The notes: generated by a model from the letters alone, not told the origin. Positions 44,718 to 55,318 are shown, counted from the stretch's first letter. The stretch is DNA of 64,000 bases from Candidatus Thorarchaeota archaeon (GCA_029855935.1 JAGSHN010000012.1:128001-192000), one strand, 5' to 3'. Numbers and translations: made by a program.

Positions 44718-46745
44718 TCACATCCGTTCGATGACCGGGATACCGAGCATTTGAAGGCAGTTGCGTATGGTGTCCCTGAACGCTCTGACAAGGGCAAGTC
44801 TTGCCCTTCGGAGGTCGCCATCAGCCTTCAGCACGGGACAGTTGTCGTAGAACTTGCTGAAGAGGGTCGCAATCTCGAAAGCATATTCTGTGAGTCTATT
44901 GGAGCTGAAAGCTGTACCACGTACCTCCTTTTTCAGTCCCCTGACGACCTGAACCACCTCGTAGGGGAATCTGGACAGTGCCTTCACGAGCGCGAACTCA
45001 TATGGTGTCACCAGGAGCGTGGCGTCGCCTCCCTCCCCTTCATCGCCAGCGCGTTCGAGTATCCGTTGGGCGCGCGCATAGGAGTACTGCAGGTATGGCC
45101 CGGTGTCGCCCTCGAAGTCTAGCACCGAGTCCCACCGGAAGGTTATCTTCCTGTCAGGTGAGGCATTCAACATGAAGTACCTGAGCGCCCCAACAGCAAC
45201 CTGTCCCGCGACGCGGTTCTTGAACTCATCGCTGGCGTCAGGATTTCTCTTCTCGACCTCAATCCTAGCGATCTCCTCCGCCCGGTCAAGAACGTCGTCC
45301 ACAGTATAACCTATCCATGTCCCCTTCCGTCCCGAGAACTCGGTGTCCTCAAGCCCGACGAACTCGTAGGCTATGTGGTGAGAGTTCTCGCTCTCCCTCT
45401 TGTAGCCCAACAGTTCGAGGATGTTGTAGATCAGCCTCTGAGGGTGGGCCTGTGCTGCAGCTATTACATTGAACACGAGGTCCACCTTACCCAAGTCGTG
45501 TCTATGACCCTCAAGAGTGGTACGATACACAGGCTTACCATTGGGCTGGACCTCGAACTCGACGTACCTGAATGGGTCCTCGATTATCTGATGTTTCCAC
45601 ATCTGAAACGCCAGGTCTGCGCCGGTGTAGGTACGTGTCCCATCTGACCGGAACAGCACCTTGTATGGATCCTTCATCCCCTTGAATTCCTCAAGGTCGT
45701 CGAGCTTTGCAACGATACATCCTGCCTTTTCGCCCTCCTGAAGGATCATCACCGAGGGGCATTTGAGAATCATCTTCTTTGCGATGTCCAGCAGGCCGCT
45801 GTGAGCAATGGAGCTCTCCCAGACCTGATAGTCGTGGTAGATGCCAAGTCGGTATGCTGTCTGACACTGTGCTTTCAGACACTCTGATACCATCTTCTCA
45901 CTGAACCTGGCCTCGTCAGAGTCGGGAATCTCCAGCTGTCTCGCCACCTCCCTCACGGCACGCTCCACTGCAGGGTCGCTCTCGAAGTCCCTCTGAATGT
46001 CAACATACACCCTGCCGAGGAAGTGGTCGTACTTCTCTCCCTTCTCGGGCTGTAGGTCGCCATCCATGAGCCGCCATGTCAGCTGCGCAATCTGGAGGCC
46101 GAGGTCATTGATATAGTCGAGTCTGATGACCTCAAAACCCACCATCTCAAGGACGTTGCAGAGAGTGTCTCCTAGGACCGCATTCCTTGCGTGCCCGATA
46201 TGCCACGGCTTTGACGGGTTGACCGCGGGAAACTCCACCAGAGCCCGTTTCCCCTCAAAGTCTCTGGTCCTCCCGTAGCTCGGTCCGGTCTCTGAGATTG
46301 CGTTGATGACGAAACGGGCAACTACCGCACGGTCGAGGAACAGGTTGATGTATGGCCCTTTCACCTCCACTCTCTCGAACAGTGGCTCCGCATCAATCGC
46401 GGTCTTGACCCTCTCTGCGACCTCAGCCGCAATTTGCACAGGACTCCTTCTCAGATGCTTCGCCAGCGCGAAGGCAACGGTCGTGGCCAGGTCCCCGAGA
46501 GCAGGGTCGGGCGGTACCTCCAAGAGATCAAGACTCTCATCGGCCCCTATGTCAGCTGCTTGTGCGATAATGTCAGCTGCCGTCTTCAGCATATGTTCCC
46601 AGGGGTTGATGACCGGTGATCGCACTGTCGAGCTCACCTGCTCGGGGTCACTCGGTGTGGTTCTCCTCATAAATGACGCGATGGGTGGCTGTTCGGCGAC
46701 CTCTTTCTCCTCTCCTAACACGAGCCGACGAAGGGAGCGGAGCAT
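44718..46745 (-). CDS. argS: Arginyl-tRNA synthetase, archaeal type
   Basis: GDLAT, GPYINL, NPSKPWHIGHARN, FSGRKG, GPYLQYSYAR, FYDNCPVL, ERM. Confidence 0.96.
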   Translation of the reverse strand: MLRSLRRLVLGEEKEVAEQPPIASFMRRTTPSDPEQVSSTVRSPVINPWEHMLKTAADIIAQAADIGADESLDLLEVPPDPALGDLATTVAFALAKHLRRSPVQIAAEVAERVKTAIDAEPLFERVEVKGPYINLFLDRAVVARFVINAISETGPSYGRTRDFEGKRALVEFPAVNPSKPWHIGHARNAVLGDTLCNVLEMVGFEVIRLDYINDLGLQIAQLTWRLMDGDLQPEKGEKYDHFLGRVYVDIQRDFESDPAVERAVREVARQLEIPDSDEARFSEKMVSECLKAQCQTAYRLGIYHDYQVWESSIAHSGLLDIAKKMILKCPSVMILQEGEKAGCIVAKLDDLEEFKGMKDPYKVLFRSDGTRTYTGADLAFQMWKHQIIEDPFRYVEFEVQPNGKPVYRTTLEGHRHDLGKVDLVFNVIAAAQAHPQRLIYNILELLGYKRESENSHHIAYEFVGLEDTEFSGRKGTWIGYTVDDVLDRAEEIARIEVEKRNPDASDEFKNRVAGQVAVGALRYFMLNASPDRKITFRWDSVLDFEGDTGPYLQYSYARAQRILERAGDEGEGGDATLLVTPYEFALVKALSRFPYEVVQVVRGLKKEVRGTAFSSNRLTEYAFEIATLFSKFYDNCPVLKADGDLRRARLALVRAFRDTIRNCLQMLGIPVIERM

Positions 46746-46957
46746 TGTTTCATAAATACAATAACGATATTTTTGAAGAGCCGTGCAAACCCTTATTTAT
46801 GTTTGTTGTTTGGCGAACATGATTGTTCTCCGACAGGAGAACTCTCCCGTGTCCGCGTCCCACCATGCGGTCCCTCATCACGCCACGAGGGGTCGCACAG
46901 CATCGGTTCATTGACACCTCTGAGCGCAGGTCCTTCAGCGAAAGGGACTGCAGGGAG

Positions 46958-47923
46958 ATGATCGGACTGGCCAGCAGACAACCAAAGACCCGGACTCACA
47001 GGGAGAGTGGCCTTGGCGCGACTCGTTATGTCTGTTCAGCCTGCAGCTCGACTGATGTATACATTGATTCTACTCGTGGGGAAGTCATCTGCTCTAATTG
47101 CGGACTCGTTCTCTCTGACCACTCTATCGATATGGGGCCGGAGTGGAGAGCATTCACTGCTGACGAACAGAATGCCCGTCAGCGTGTTGGTGGTCCAAAC
47201 GACTGGAGCAAGTTCGACCAGGGCCTCACCACCATAATCGGCCGGCAGAACGTTGATGCCTCCGGCCGAAAACTCTCATCGACGCGTCGAGCGCAGATAC
47301 ACAGACTCAGAAAATGGCAGATTCGTACCAAGGTTCACTCGTCCGACAAGCGCAACCTCGCGGTTGCGATGACCGAACTCCACAGGATAAGTTCCCAGCT
47401 AAGCATCCCGTACTCGATTCGGGAGACATCCGCAGTGATCTACCGCAAGGCGCTGAAGAAGCGTCTGACCCGTGGTCGCACAATTCTCGGAATGGTCGCT
47501 GCCTCGCTGTATCTTGCCTGCAGAGTACACCAAGTGCCACGGCCTCTTGAGGAGATTGTGGAACAGATTCACATCACCAGGAAGGAGTTGAGCCTCTGTG
47601 TGAGACTCATTCTTAGATACCTAAATCTCAAGATCCCCCACAGCAACCCCATCGAGTTCGTCCACCGTTTTGGAACGGAGCTCAATCTCCCAGGTGAGGC
47701 CAAGAAGAAGGCCATTGATATCCTCAAGAAGGCACGCGAGCACCATCTCACGATTGGCAAGGACCCGAAAGGGATGGCAGCTGCTGCCATCTATGTTGCA
47801 AGCATCCTGACAGGTTCTCGAAGAACTCAGCTGGAGATTGCACGCACTGCTAGGGTCACGGAGGTGACTGTCCGCAATAGGTACAAAGAGATGGTTGAGC
47901 GCCTCGGTATCACGACGATGTAG
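46958..47923 (+). CDS. tfb: Transcription initiation factor IIB (TFB)
   Basis: CSAC..RGEVICSNCG, IDMGPEWRAF, RLRKWQ, GKDPKGMAAA, VTEVTVRNRYKE; start uncertain. Confidence 0.95.
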   Translation: MIGLASRQPKTRTHRESGLGATRYVCSACSSTDVYIDSTRGEVICSNCGLVLSDHSIDMGPEWRAFTADEQNARQRVGGPNDWSKFDQGLTTIIGRQNVDASGRKLSSTRRAQIHRLRKWQIRTKVHSSDKRNLAVAMTELHRISSQLSIPYSIRETSAVIYRKALKKRLTRGRTILGMVAASLYLACRVHQVPRPLEEIVEQIHITRKELSLCVRLILRYLNLKIPHSNPIEFVHRFGTELNLPGEAKKKAIDILKKAREHHLTIGKDPKGMAAAAIYVASILTGSRRTQLEIARTARVTEVTVRNRYKEMVERLGITTM

Positions 47924-48001
47924 AGTCGAGGTACGGTGCCAAACTCGGGCGGGGGTCCATCTTTCCCCGCCCCTCCGTACTCTTTCTCCACGGTGATTTC
48001 G

Positions 48002-48334
48002 ATGGACGTGCTCGTTGACGTGACTGTCACATGCCGGATGAACCGACACGAAAACTGGGAGTGCCTGAACAGGTGTCGTCTCCGGCTTGCCGGCGGCTCG
48101 ATGACAATCGAGGTCCTCGACGACCCGGGGCCATATTGCATTGACACAGTTCTTAAGGACGTGAGCTACGAGGTTGAGATGTCATCAATTGGCCCTGTGC
48201 TGTTCATGACGTGGGACAACGAGGGTTCAAGGACCACCCTTGAGATCCGTGGTGAAAGTTCATCAATCGACCGCCTCTCGGCGGCGCTGGAGGCTCTCAT
48301 TGCGGGGCCGTCCCCCGTGCCCGCGCAGGACTGA
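48002..48334 (+). CDS. Hypothetical beta-rich protein with C-terminal helix (possibly PH-like)
   Basis: Alternating-pattern strands then SIDRLSAALEALI; co-oriented between tfb and the longin gene. Confidence 0.55.
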   Translation: MDVLVDVTVTCRMNRHENWECLNRCRLRLAGGSMTIEVLDDPGPYCIDTVLKDVSYEVEMSSIGPVLFMTWDNEGSRTTLEIRGESSSIDRLSAALEALIAGPSPVPAQD

Positions 48335-48383
48335 GAGAAACTGGTACTCTTGCGAACGACCGAGTCTGAGGTGAAACTGGAAA

Positions 48384-49223
48384 TTGTCGTTGAGGCGGTC
48401 CATTCTTGGCATATGGGTGATTGAGCGGCACACCGGCCGTAATCTCGTCGCCCGTGCCTACGGGGGCATAGATGTGGATATGGATCTGATAGCTCCCTTT
48501 CTGTCAGCGACGCACACCTTCATCGACAAGGCATCGAACGAGTCTCTTCAGACAATCGACACGGTGAATTCACGATACGTGTGGGTCAGAAATGATCATC
48601 TACTGCTCGTGATGATTGTGAGCAAGGCGGCCCGGATTGGTCATATGCGTTTCCTGCTGAAGTACGCACTGAAGGAGTTCGTTGACACGATGATACCAAA
48701 GGGCCGTGACCTGGGAGAGTTCCTGAGCGAGTGGAAGGGCAATCCTGAGACCTTTGCCTCGTTCGGGGCATTCCTTGATGAGCTTGTCGAGCAGTATGAG
48801 ATGACTGATGAGAGTCTTGTTGCTGGAAAGTCTATGGACTCCTTGGAGGTGTACAATCACCTCTTCCGCGAGCTGATGCGGATCGATGTGGACCGCGTGA
48901 CGAAGAGGAAGATAGTCCGGGACATCAAGAGGCGCATGGCCTCTCTCATTGAGACATATCCGTTCTTGGAGGACGTGCCTGTCGATGAGGCTGGCGTCGA
49001 GGTGCTCGAGATTGACGTGCTCAACAACCAGATACCATATCGGGCCCTCCGTGCTGCACTTGAGGACCTGTTCCAAGTGGTTGCCGAGGCAGTCAGGTCG
49101 AATGTCGATTCAGGGTCCTACAGAGACTGCGTCTTCAGCCACGTGATGCGATACGTCAAGGAAGATCTGAAGCGTCTCCAGACATACGCCATTCTCGATG
49201 ATGTGGTCCGCTATCTCTTCTAG
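48384..49223 (+). CDS. Longin-like domain protein (Asgard type) with helical C-domain
   Basis: ILGIWVIERHTGRNL, DLIAPFLSATHTF, LLLVMIV, LKEFV, FGAFLDELV. Confidence 0.75.
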   Translation: MSLRRSILGIWVIERHTGRNLVARAYGGIDVDMDLIAPFLSATHTFIDKASNESLQTIDTVNSRYVWVRNDHLLLVMIVSKAARIGHMRFLLKYALKEFVDTMIPKGRDLGEFLSEWKGNPETFASFGAFLDELVEQYEMTDESLVAGKSMDSLEVYNHLFRELMRIDVDRVTKRKIVRDIKRRMASLIETYPFLEDVPVDEAGVEVLEIDVLNNQIPYRALRAALEDLFQVVAEAVRSNVDSGSYRDCVFSHVMRYVKEDLKRLQTYAILDDVVRYLF

Positions 49224-49224
49224 G

Positions 49225-50562
49225 CTATGGTCTTCCCAGTACGACGACCTCTCGCTGTACGATCTGCCCCCTCTTTCTCTCGGGAAGCCTTGTTCTCTCG
49301 GGATGGATTGTCAGTCCGCCTCGTTTCCTCAGTAGAGGTCGAAGGGCCTGCTTTGGTAACATTCTGTACGTGATGAATGGGGTCCCCTCCAGCATCGAGT
49401 CGACATCGACCGACACGGTCTTGTCTCCGACGACTACTACGGGCAATGTCATTGCCACCCGTCCATTCTCGTGCAGGACATCGCCTGCTGCCCTCAGGAC
49501 ATCCCGGTAGAGTGATGTCAGTTCAGCAATCGTCTGTTGTGCCTCGTTCAGAGCAGGAGGAGTCGCAAAGACGGGACCGAGGGGCGGTTCGGTGGCTATC
49601 GCATGAACTGTTTCATCAATCAGCTGAGGCAGTTTCCTGGCATCTCCCCTTATCACTTTGAAAACAATCTGTTCACCGAGTTCTCGACCCAGCCACTTCA
49701 GGTTGGACCGAGCCCCGCGCACTGCGTCCCCGTCGATGTCTATGCCGACCGCTCTCATACCGAGCAGAGCCGCCTCCATCAGGATGGTCCCGGTGCCGCA
49801 GAATGGATCAAGTATTGTGTCCCCCGGGCGGGCTCCCGCCAGATTCAGAAGAGTCCTGCACAGCTTCGGGCTGGTCGTTATCTCTGCTGAAACATACGGG
49901 CGCGCCTCATCCCGGTATTGCTGGAGAAGGGAGTCATAGGCACTGAGGGTCTTCCCGACGTACATCTTCGTGTCCGTTATCCCGACAAGTATCTCCGCGT
50001 TCGGAGGCGAGAGAAGTCTATGACGCGCGATGGTCTGCGGCCATAGTGCTGTTGGAGTCTTGGTAGGATGCCGACGATCAGGCTGTGTGTAGAGATGGTA
50101 CGCCGCTCTCTTGGCCCCGGCCTCCAGGAGCCAGTCCTTGACAGCCTCGCTCAGCGCACGCGCTAGGCGGACGGCGTGAATGGTGTCGTCATTGGAGGCC
50201 GGGTAGACACTCACTGCGAACTCCACCCTCTGCCCATCCGGCGCAGGCCAGACCTGAGGGCACCACTGGCAAGAGAGGACTCGTTTCCGCTCGGTCTTTC
50301 GAGGACGCCGGTCTCGCGGATACGCTCTCTCCACTGCTCTCTTCTCCTCGGTGTGAATGACGACACCGACCTTGAAGCACCCACCTAGGGCAGACTGTAT
50401 CTCCATAACCTCGTGCTCGGGCAGCTCGGACATGTCCAGTATGGCCACGTGTCTCGACAGGTCTGTCACATGAGCTGTGATTCCTCTGTTATCAAGCAGT
50501 GCTATCAGTTCTGCAAGTGAGAGTATCCAGTTCTTGCCGAGGACGAAGATGTAGTCCGTCAC
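49225..50562 (-). CDS. trm11: tRNA (guanine-N2)-methyltransferase, Trm11/TrmG10-like
   Basis: SLAEL, PKLCRTLLNL, LDPFCGTGTILMEA, GIDID, IATEPPLG. Confidence 0.8.
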   Translation of the reverse strand: MTDYIFVLGKNWILSLAELIALLDNRGITAHVTDLSRHVAILDMSELPEHEVMEIQSALGGCFKVGVVIHTEEKRAVERAYPRDRRPRKTERKRVLSCQWCPQVWPAPDGQRVEFAVSVYPASNDDTIHAVRLARALSEAVKDWLLEAGAKRAAYHLYTQPDRRHPTKTPTALWPQTIARHRLLSPPNAEILVGITDTKMYVGKTLSAYDSLLQQYRDEARPYVSAEITTSPKLCRTLLNLAGARPGDTILDPFCGTGTILMEAALLGMRAVGIDIDGDAVRGARSNLKWLGRELGEQIVFKVIRGDARKLPQLIDETVHAIATEPPLGPVFATPPALNEAQQTIAELTSLYRDVLRAAGDVLHENGRVAMTLPVVVVGDKTVSVDVDSMLEGTPFITYRMLPKQALRPLLRKRGGLTIHPERTRLPERKRGQIVQREVVVLGRP

Positions 50563-51395
50563 CGCTGTGCCTCCTCAAGTTCTTGGAGCAGGAACTTGGC
50601 ATACAGAGCTCCCCTTACCGGGGTGGGCGTTTCGGAGATGATTGTTGGTGAATAACCTCTCTCACGAATCACTTCAAGCAGTGGGAGGATATCGGGTCCC
50701 CAGCTCTCGCCGAGAGGACGATGCGCCCTCTCGCCAGCCTTTGTGTATGTGATTCCGCTCACGTGAAAGTGCATATTATCGACGAAGAGGTCTCCGAGTT
50801 CTCTCTCAAACATATCTATGACCCTGACAAAGTCCTGCTTACGCCGCAGTGCTCCCTGTGAGCGCGCATACAGATGGGCCCAGTCGATTGTCGGAATGCA
50901 CCCCTCCACCTCTGTGCACAGCATAAGAATCTCGTCGACGGAGCCAAAGGCATTCACCTTGCCAGCTACCTCCGGGGCAAGGAGCGCCCCACAGCGGCGA
51001 CCGTCAGCCTGTTGCCACACCTCCCTCAGTGCGTTGCGGATCACTCTGAAGGCCTCTCTCTTGTCAAGGCCTCCGTATCCCCCTGGGTGGAACACTACTC
51101 GCCTCACTCGCATCAGCGGTGCAAACGTCAGTGCCTTCACAAGGCGTTCCTTGGACCGCTCTCTAATCTCAGGCTTGCGAGAAGCGAGGCTGATGTAGTA
51201 GGCGCCGTGAACACTCATTGCGATGTCATGTCTCTCGGAGAGAGAACCAATCTCGCGAGCCCGCTCCTCTCCTAGTCTGAGTCCTCTAACGGCTGCATAC
51301 TCCAGTGCGTCAAGGCCAATCTCGCTGAGAATGGCGAATACTCTCTCCAGCTTGCCTCTCGCCTCGTCCGGGTATCCTGCGGGACCAAACCTCAC
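50559..51395 (-). CDS. nfo: Endonuclease IV (archaeal AP endonuclease family 2)
   Basis: MRFGPAG, SVHGAYYISL, VFHPG, PEVAGK, IDWAHLYAR, HFHVSGI, ISETP. Confidence 0.9.
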   Translation of the reverse strand: MRFGPAGYPDEARGKLERVFAILSEIGLDALEYAAVRGLRLGEERAREIGSLSERHDIAMSVHGAYYISLASRKPEIRERSKERLVKALTFAPLMRVRRVVFHPGGYGGLDKREAFRVIRNALREVWQQADGRRCGALLAPEVAGKVNAFGSVDEILMLCTEVEGCIPTIDWAHLYARSQGALRRKQDFVRVIDMFERELGDLFVDNMHFHVSGITYTKAGERAHRPLGESWGPDILPLLEVIRERGYSPTIISETPTPVRGALYAKFLLQELEEAQR

Positions 51396-51407
51396 TCTGG
51401 CCAGTGG

Positions 51408-51917
51408 CTACTCCTCCAATGTGAACTCCCATGAACAGTACGCGTCTTCAGGATGTTCGTCAGGCGGGCAGAACAGGCACCGCGTCTTGATTCTCGGGTC
51501 TATAGTCTTGGCAAACTCTGTGTACTCGATGATGCCCACTGACTTGCACGGAAAGTCCGGAAGGCCCTTTCTCTTTCTCGCCGTCTGCACCCTGCAGGTA
51601 TTCATCGTGAAGACAAGCCTGTTGGGCCCATCCCACTCTATGGACTGCTTGTTCAGTGACGCGTAGACCCTGTACTTGAGCGCCTGCTCAAGAGACTTCA
51701 GCCCGCCTCCCTCCTCGATACCGAACTCCCGCATTATTCGTCGCGCCTCAATGGGGGAGAATATTCGCCAGGCCTCGCGGTCCATCTCCATTGCTACATC
51801 CATTCCGTACTTCTTCTCCAGTGAGAGGAAGTAGGCACCGTCCATTGCCTGCCACGCCTTCGCATAGGCATCGATGATCTTCAGGAGCGTTTCTCGTGGA
51901 AGGTCTTCAAATGTCAT
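51408..51917 (-). CDS. DUF6125-like protein
   Basis: AMDGAYF, CRVQTARKRKGLPDFPC, CLFCPPDEHP...CSWEF. Confidence 0.8.
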   Translation of the reverse strand: MTFEDLPRETLLKIIDAYAKAWQAMDGAYFLSLEKKYGMDVAMEMDREAWRIFSPIEARRIMREFGIEEGGGLKSLEQALKYRVYASLNKQSIEWDGPNRLVFTMNTCRVQTARKRKGLPDFPCKSVGIIEYTEFAKTIDPRIKTRCLFCPPDEHPEDAYCSWEFTLEE

Positions 51918-52101
51918 TGCGGTTCACAATATCTCGCTCCCTCTTCCTCTGCTTAATGCTTTGGGTTGCTCCACGCCCTCCCTCCGCACCGCCCCCGCTC
52001 GCACCGGACTCACGACAGATCTTCATCAGGGTGCCGGAAGTCTTTAATCAATGATGACCACCGTTGCCACGAACTGGACGGTGTTCCGAGGAGCGACGCG
52101 T

Positions 52102-53010
52102 ATGGAAGGCCGCAAGACTGACCCTAAGGCATTCTTCTCCATAATCCGGCCACAGAACTGTGTGATTGGTGCTCTCACGGTGATTGCCGGGATCGCCATT
52201 GCCTACCGTGTGAATCCTGTGGGTCTATTGGGTGACTATCTGTACAACTTCGTCTACGGATACCTGACATACTTCTTTGTGGCGGCCGGCGGGAATGTTG
52301 TGAACGATATATTCGACATCGAGGTGGATAGGATCAACCGGCCGCACAGGGCGCTGCCCAGTGGAAGGATGACTGTGCGCCAGGCTTGGGTATACGTCGT
52401 CTTCCTCAGCATCTTGGGGACATTCTTTGCCTGGCTGAACGGGCCCTATGGCTCACTCGTCGTCGTGATATTCCTCCTCGTGGGTTACGCCTACGCCTCC
52501 AAGGTCAAGGAACTCGGCATAGCAGGCAACTTTCTTGTTGCCTTCTCCTTCGCCTTCGGTGTCATCTATGGGTCTTTTGTCTACGGAGAGCTCGTGGGAT
52601 CTATTGTGATACCGGTTCCCACGTGGCTGTTCTTTATCACCGCATTCATGATTCTTCAGGCACGTGAGACCATCAAGGGGGCGGAGGATGTCGAGGGTGA
52701 TGCGCTGAGAGACGTGCGGACCGTGGCACGAGTCTATGGCCACAAGGTGGCCGCTGCTGTAGCCTTCGTCTTCAACTTGATAGGTGTGCTGTGCTATACA
52801 CTGATCTGGACCTTGGGCTTTGCAAGCTGGGACCTCTGGCCGCTGCTCGTGCTGGGTGACGTTGTCGTTCTCGGTGCGGCTATTGCCCCTCTGACAGGCT
52901 ATGACAGCAAGCGGTCGCTGCTCATTGGTAGTACCCTTGACAAGATTGGCGCACTGGTGGGCCTCATCGCCTTTGTCATCATCCCCCTCTACGGCATAGC
53001 CCTATTCTAG
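52102..53010 (+). CDS. Digeranylgeranylglyceryl phosphate synthase (UbiA family)
   Basis: IRPQNC, NVVNDIFDIEVDRINRPHRALPSG, RETIKGAEDVEGD. Confidence 0.9.
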   Translation: MEGRKTDPKAFFSIIRPQNCVIGALTVIAGIAIAYRVNPVGLLGDYLYNFVYGYLTYFFVAAGGNVVNDIFDIEVDRINRPHRALPSGRMTVRQAWVYVVFLSILGTFFAWLNGPYGSLVVVIFLLVGYAYASKVKELGIAGNFLVAFSFAFGVIYGSFVYGELVGSIVIPVPTWLFFITAFMILQARETIKGAEDVEGDALRDVRTVARVYGHKVAAAVAFVFNLIGVLCYTLIWTLGFASWDLWPLLVLGDVVVLGAAIAPLTGYDSKRSLLIGSTLDKIGALVGLIAFVIIPLYGIALF

Positions 53011-53020
53011 TTCCTCTACG

Positions 53021-53827
53021 TCAGTGCACCTGCCAGAATGTCCACATCAGGACAGTCATACATGCCAGCGCCATCACGAAGGCCCACAGTGTGGAGGTAT
53101 TGTGCGCCTCTCTGATGCCAAATATCAGCAGGAACCCCACCCAGGCAAATGACGCGGCCGTCATATAGTCGAGAATGGTCCAATATGGTGCGTCATAGAT
53201 TGCAGTCACAAGCGCTACGAGATTGGTGGTCCCGGTCAGGTCAAATGGGGCCGCCATAACGGCGACGATGGCGAGACCGACCAGTCGTACCAAGACAATG
53301 GGCATGATGCTGTACCCGACAATGGACATAGTCTTCAGCCTGTTTCCAACGCCGCCCATTATCTTGAAGGCCAGATGTGCAAATGCGCTGCCAAGGATGA
53401 AGTAGACAATCCCCATCATGATATTGCCGATGAGCAGCCCGAGTGCACCGAGGTAGAATGTGGCGCCCAGGTCCGTGTTCAAGATGGAGGTCTGCACTGG
53501 TGTCCCGTCGATAATGACTGTGGTCGTGAACTTGGACGAGATGAGCAGGAAGTAGCCTGTCACAATCAGCGCGTTGATCAATATCAACAGTACCGGCCCT
53601 GCTGTGTCCGGTCGCCGTCCTATGTCGCGAAAGGTGGGGCCCGGCCTCCTGATGGTCCCCCACAGTCGCTCTACGGGGCTCAGGAATCGCACATCGGGCG
53701 ACTCAGGCCTCTTCAGCAACGGTAGGAGTCTCTCAAGGGTCTCCTCCCCTATCTCCTCTTTGCACACCGGACAGGTTGTTGCATCTGACGGTACTGGACT
53801 ATCACAGAACGGGCAACGTCGGACCAT
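53021..53827 (-). CDS. Zn-ribbon + Yip1-domain membrane protein
   Basis: CPFC...CPVC; IRRPGPTFRDI, KIMGGVG, VGYSIMP, FGIREAH. Confidence 0.8.
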   Translation of the reverse strand: MVRRCPFCDSPVPSDATTCPVCKEEIGEETLERLLPLLKRPESPDVRFLSPVERLWGTIRRPGPTFRDIGRRPDTAGPVLLILINALIVTGYFLLISSKFTTTVIIDGTPVQTSILNTDLGATFYLGALGLLIGNIMMGIVYFILGSAFAHLAFKIMGGVGNRLKTMSIVGYSIMPIVLVRLVGLAIVAVMAAPFDLTGTTNLVALVTAIYDAPYWTILDYMTAASFAWVGFLLIFGIREAHNTSTLWAFVMALACMTVLMWTFWQVH

Positions 53828-53966
53828 AGAGGGGACTCCCTACGGTTGTTTTATGGACCACTGGGGTGATGGCAGGGAGTCTATGTATTTAACTCATTTT
53901 GGACGGGACCCATTCCATTCTCCGTGACGCTCAAGATATCGCGTTCGGCCCCACTGTTGTGATGAC

Positions 53967-54623
53967 TCACCACATTCCGAAGTGCTTGAACAGCGGGGTC
54001 CTGTAGACAACCACGAAGGGCACGAGAGCGTCCCAGAATCCCTGTACTATGTTGAGCACCACAGTGTACTGCACTATGAAGCTGATGTCATTGAAGCCCA
54101 TCAACAGCGGGACAAGAACGATGTTGATAGGGACCATCAGTGCCAGTCGGACGACCAGTGCAAGTATCATCAGCAGTGCATATACAGCACCATTTGATAG
54201 TCTCTCACCACCACCATCAGTCCCAGCTCTAAGCTTGACATACAGCATCGGCACTATCATCATCGGGAGTGTCGCTGCCAGCTTGAAGAGAGGACCGACG
54301 AGCGTGGGGTCGGTCAGGAGCAAGGCGAAGGTCCCAGCCAGTGCGGCGGTCAGGCCGACATAGGGCCCACCGATGAGGAAGGCTGCAATCCAGAATAGCG
54401 AAACGGGATCAAATAGGGCAATCCCCCAGCTCAGTCTCGGCAGGAACGCAGCCACAGGCGATACTGCGACCGAGAGTGCTGCGAGTTCCGCTGCGGTGGC
54501 GACTTTCATGGTCAGGGTTCGACCACTCGCACTCGCCACGGGGGTGAGTTCAGTTCTATCAGTCTGAACACCATTGGGCGGATCGGATCCAGAATTGTCA
54601 CTCTTCATATGCTCAGGCGTCAC
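53967..54623 (-). CDS. ECF transporter S component
   Basis: ATAAELAALSV, FDPVSLFWIAAFLIGGP, GPLFK, NIVQG. Confidence 0.7.
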   Translation of the reverse strand: MTPEHMKSDNSGSDPPNGVQTDRTELTPVASASGRTLTMKVATAAELAALSVAVSPVAAFLPRLSWGIALFDPVSLFWIAAFLIGGPYVGLTAALAGTFALLLTDPTLVGPLFKLAATLPMMIVPMLYVKLRAGTDGGGERLSNGAVYALLMILALVVRLALMVPINIVLVPLLMGFNDISFIVQYTVVLNIVQGFWDALVPFVVVYRTPLFKHFGMW

Positions 54624-54677
54624 GGTGCCCCTTATAAATGCTACTCAAGAGAGAGGAATTACTCAGTTCTGAGTAAA

Positions 54678-55256
54678 TCATTCTTGCGACCGCTGGGCCT
54701 CTCGTAGCCGCGCCCGAGTCAGCATCTGGAGGAGCCTGCGGGTGGGTTCGAGCCAGTTCGGATTGATTCTCCACTCGGCCCACTCGATTCCGGAGGACGG
54801 AGGTGTCCGGCTGAGTATCAGTTTCGCCGAGACAAGATCGTTCAGTCCTGACAGTATGGTACCGATGGTCACGGCACCAAGAATTGGCCGTGCCTGTCTG
54901 GCCACCCGGAGCAGGTCCGAGGTCGTGACCCATCCACCGTCCTCAATCAAGAGCCTAAGAAGTCTGGACCTCACGGGATCCGATTCAAGAATGCCCTTCA
55001 GTGGTGCAAGGTTGACCGCTCGCAAGCGTGCAGCCTGCTCCTCAGGGTCTATCCAGGGTCCCTGCCCCGTGAACCGGCTCCCCGCCATCTCTCTGCTGGG
55101 GGTCCGCTGGTCATAGTGATCCCGAAACGGTCCAGCAGGTTGGTCAACAGAAGAAGACAGTTGCCGGCGCGCTTCTCCAGAGGGATGTTCAGACAGAGAG
55201 TGTATGTCTCTCTGGGGGTGGTCTTCAAATTCCTTGAACGGTGGTCGAGGGTCCAC
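54678..55256 (-). CDS. Hypothetical protein, disordered N-terminus + winged-helix-like domain
   Basis: DPVRSRLLRLLIEDGGWVTTSDLLRVAR...EWRINPNW. Confidence 0.6.
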   Translation of the reverse strand: MDPRPPFKEFEDHPQRDIHSLSEHPSGEARRQLSSSVDQPAGPFRDHYDQRTPSREMAGSRFTGQGPWIDPEEQAARLRAVNLAPLKGILESDPVRSRLLRLLIEDGGWVTTSDLLRVARQARPILGAVTIGTILSGLNDLVSAKLILSRTPPSSGIEWAEWRINPNWLEPTRRLLQMLTRARLREAQRSQE

Positions 55257-55318
55257 TGCACTTCACTCTCACATAGAGTTCGTCGTCACATCCTTTTCAA
55301 GTCCAGTATTATGACGGG

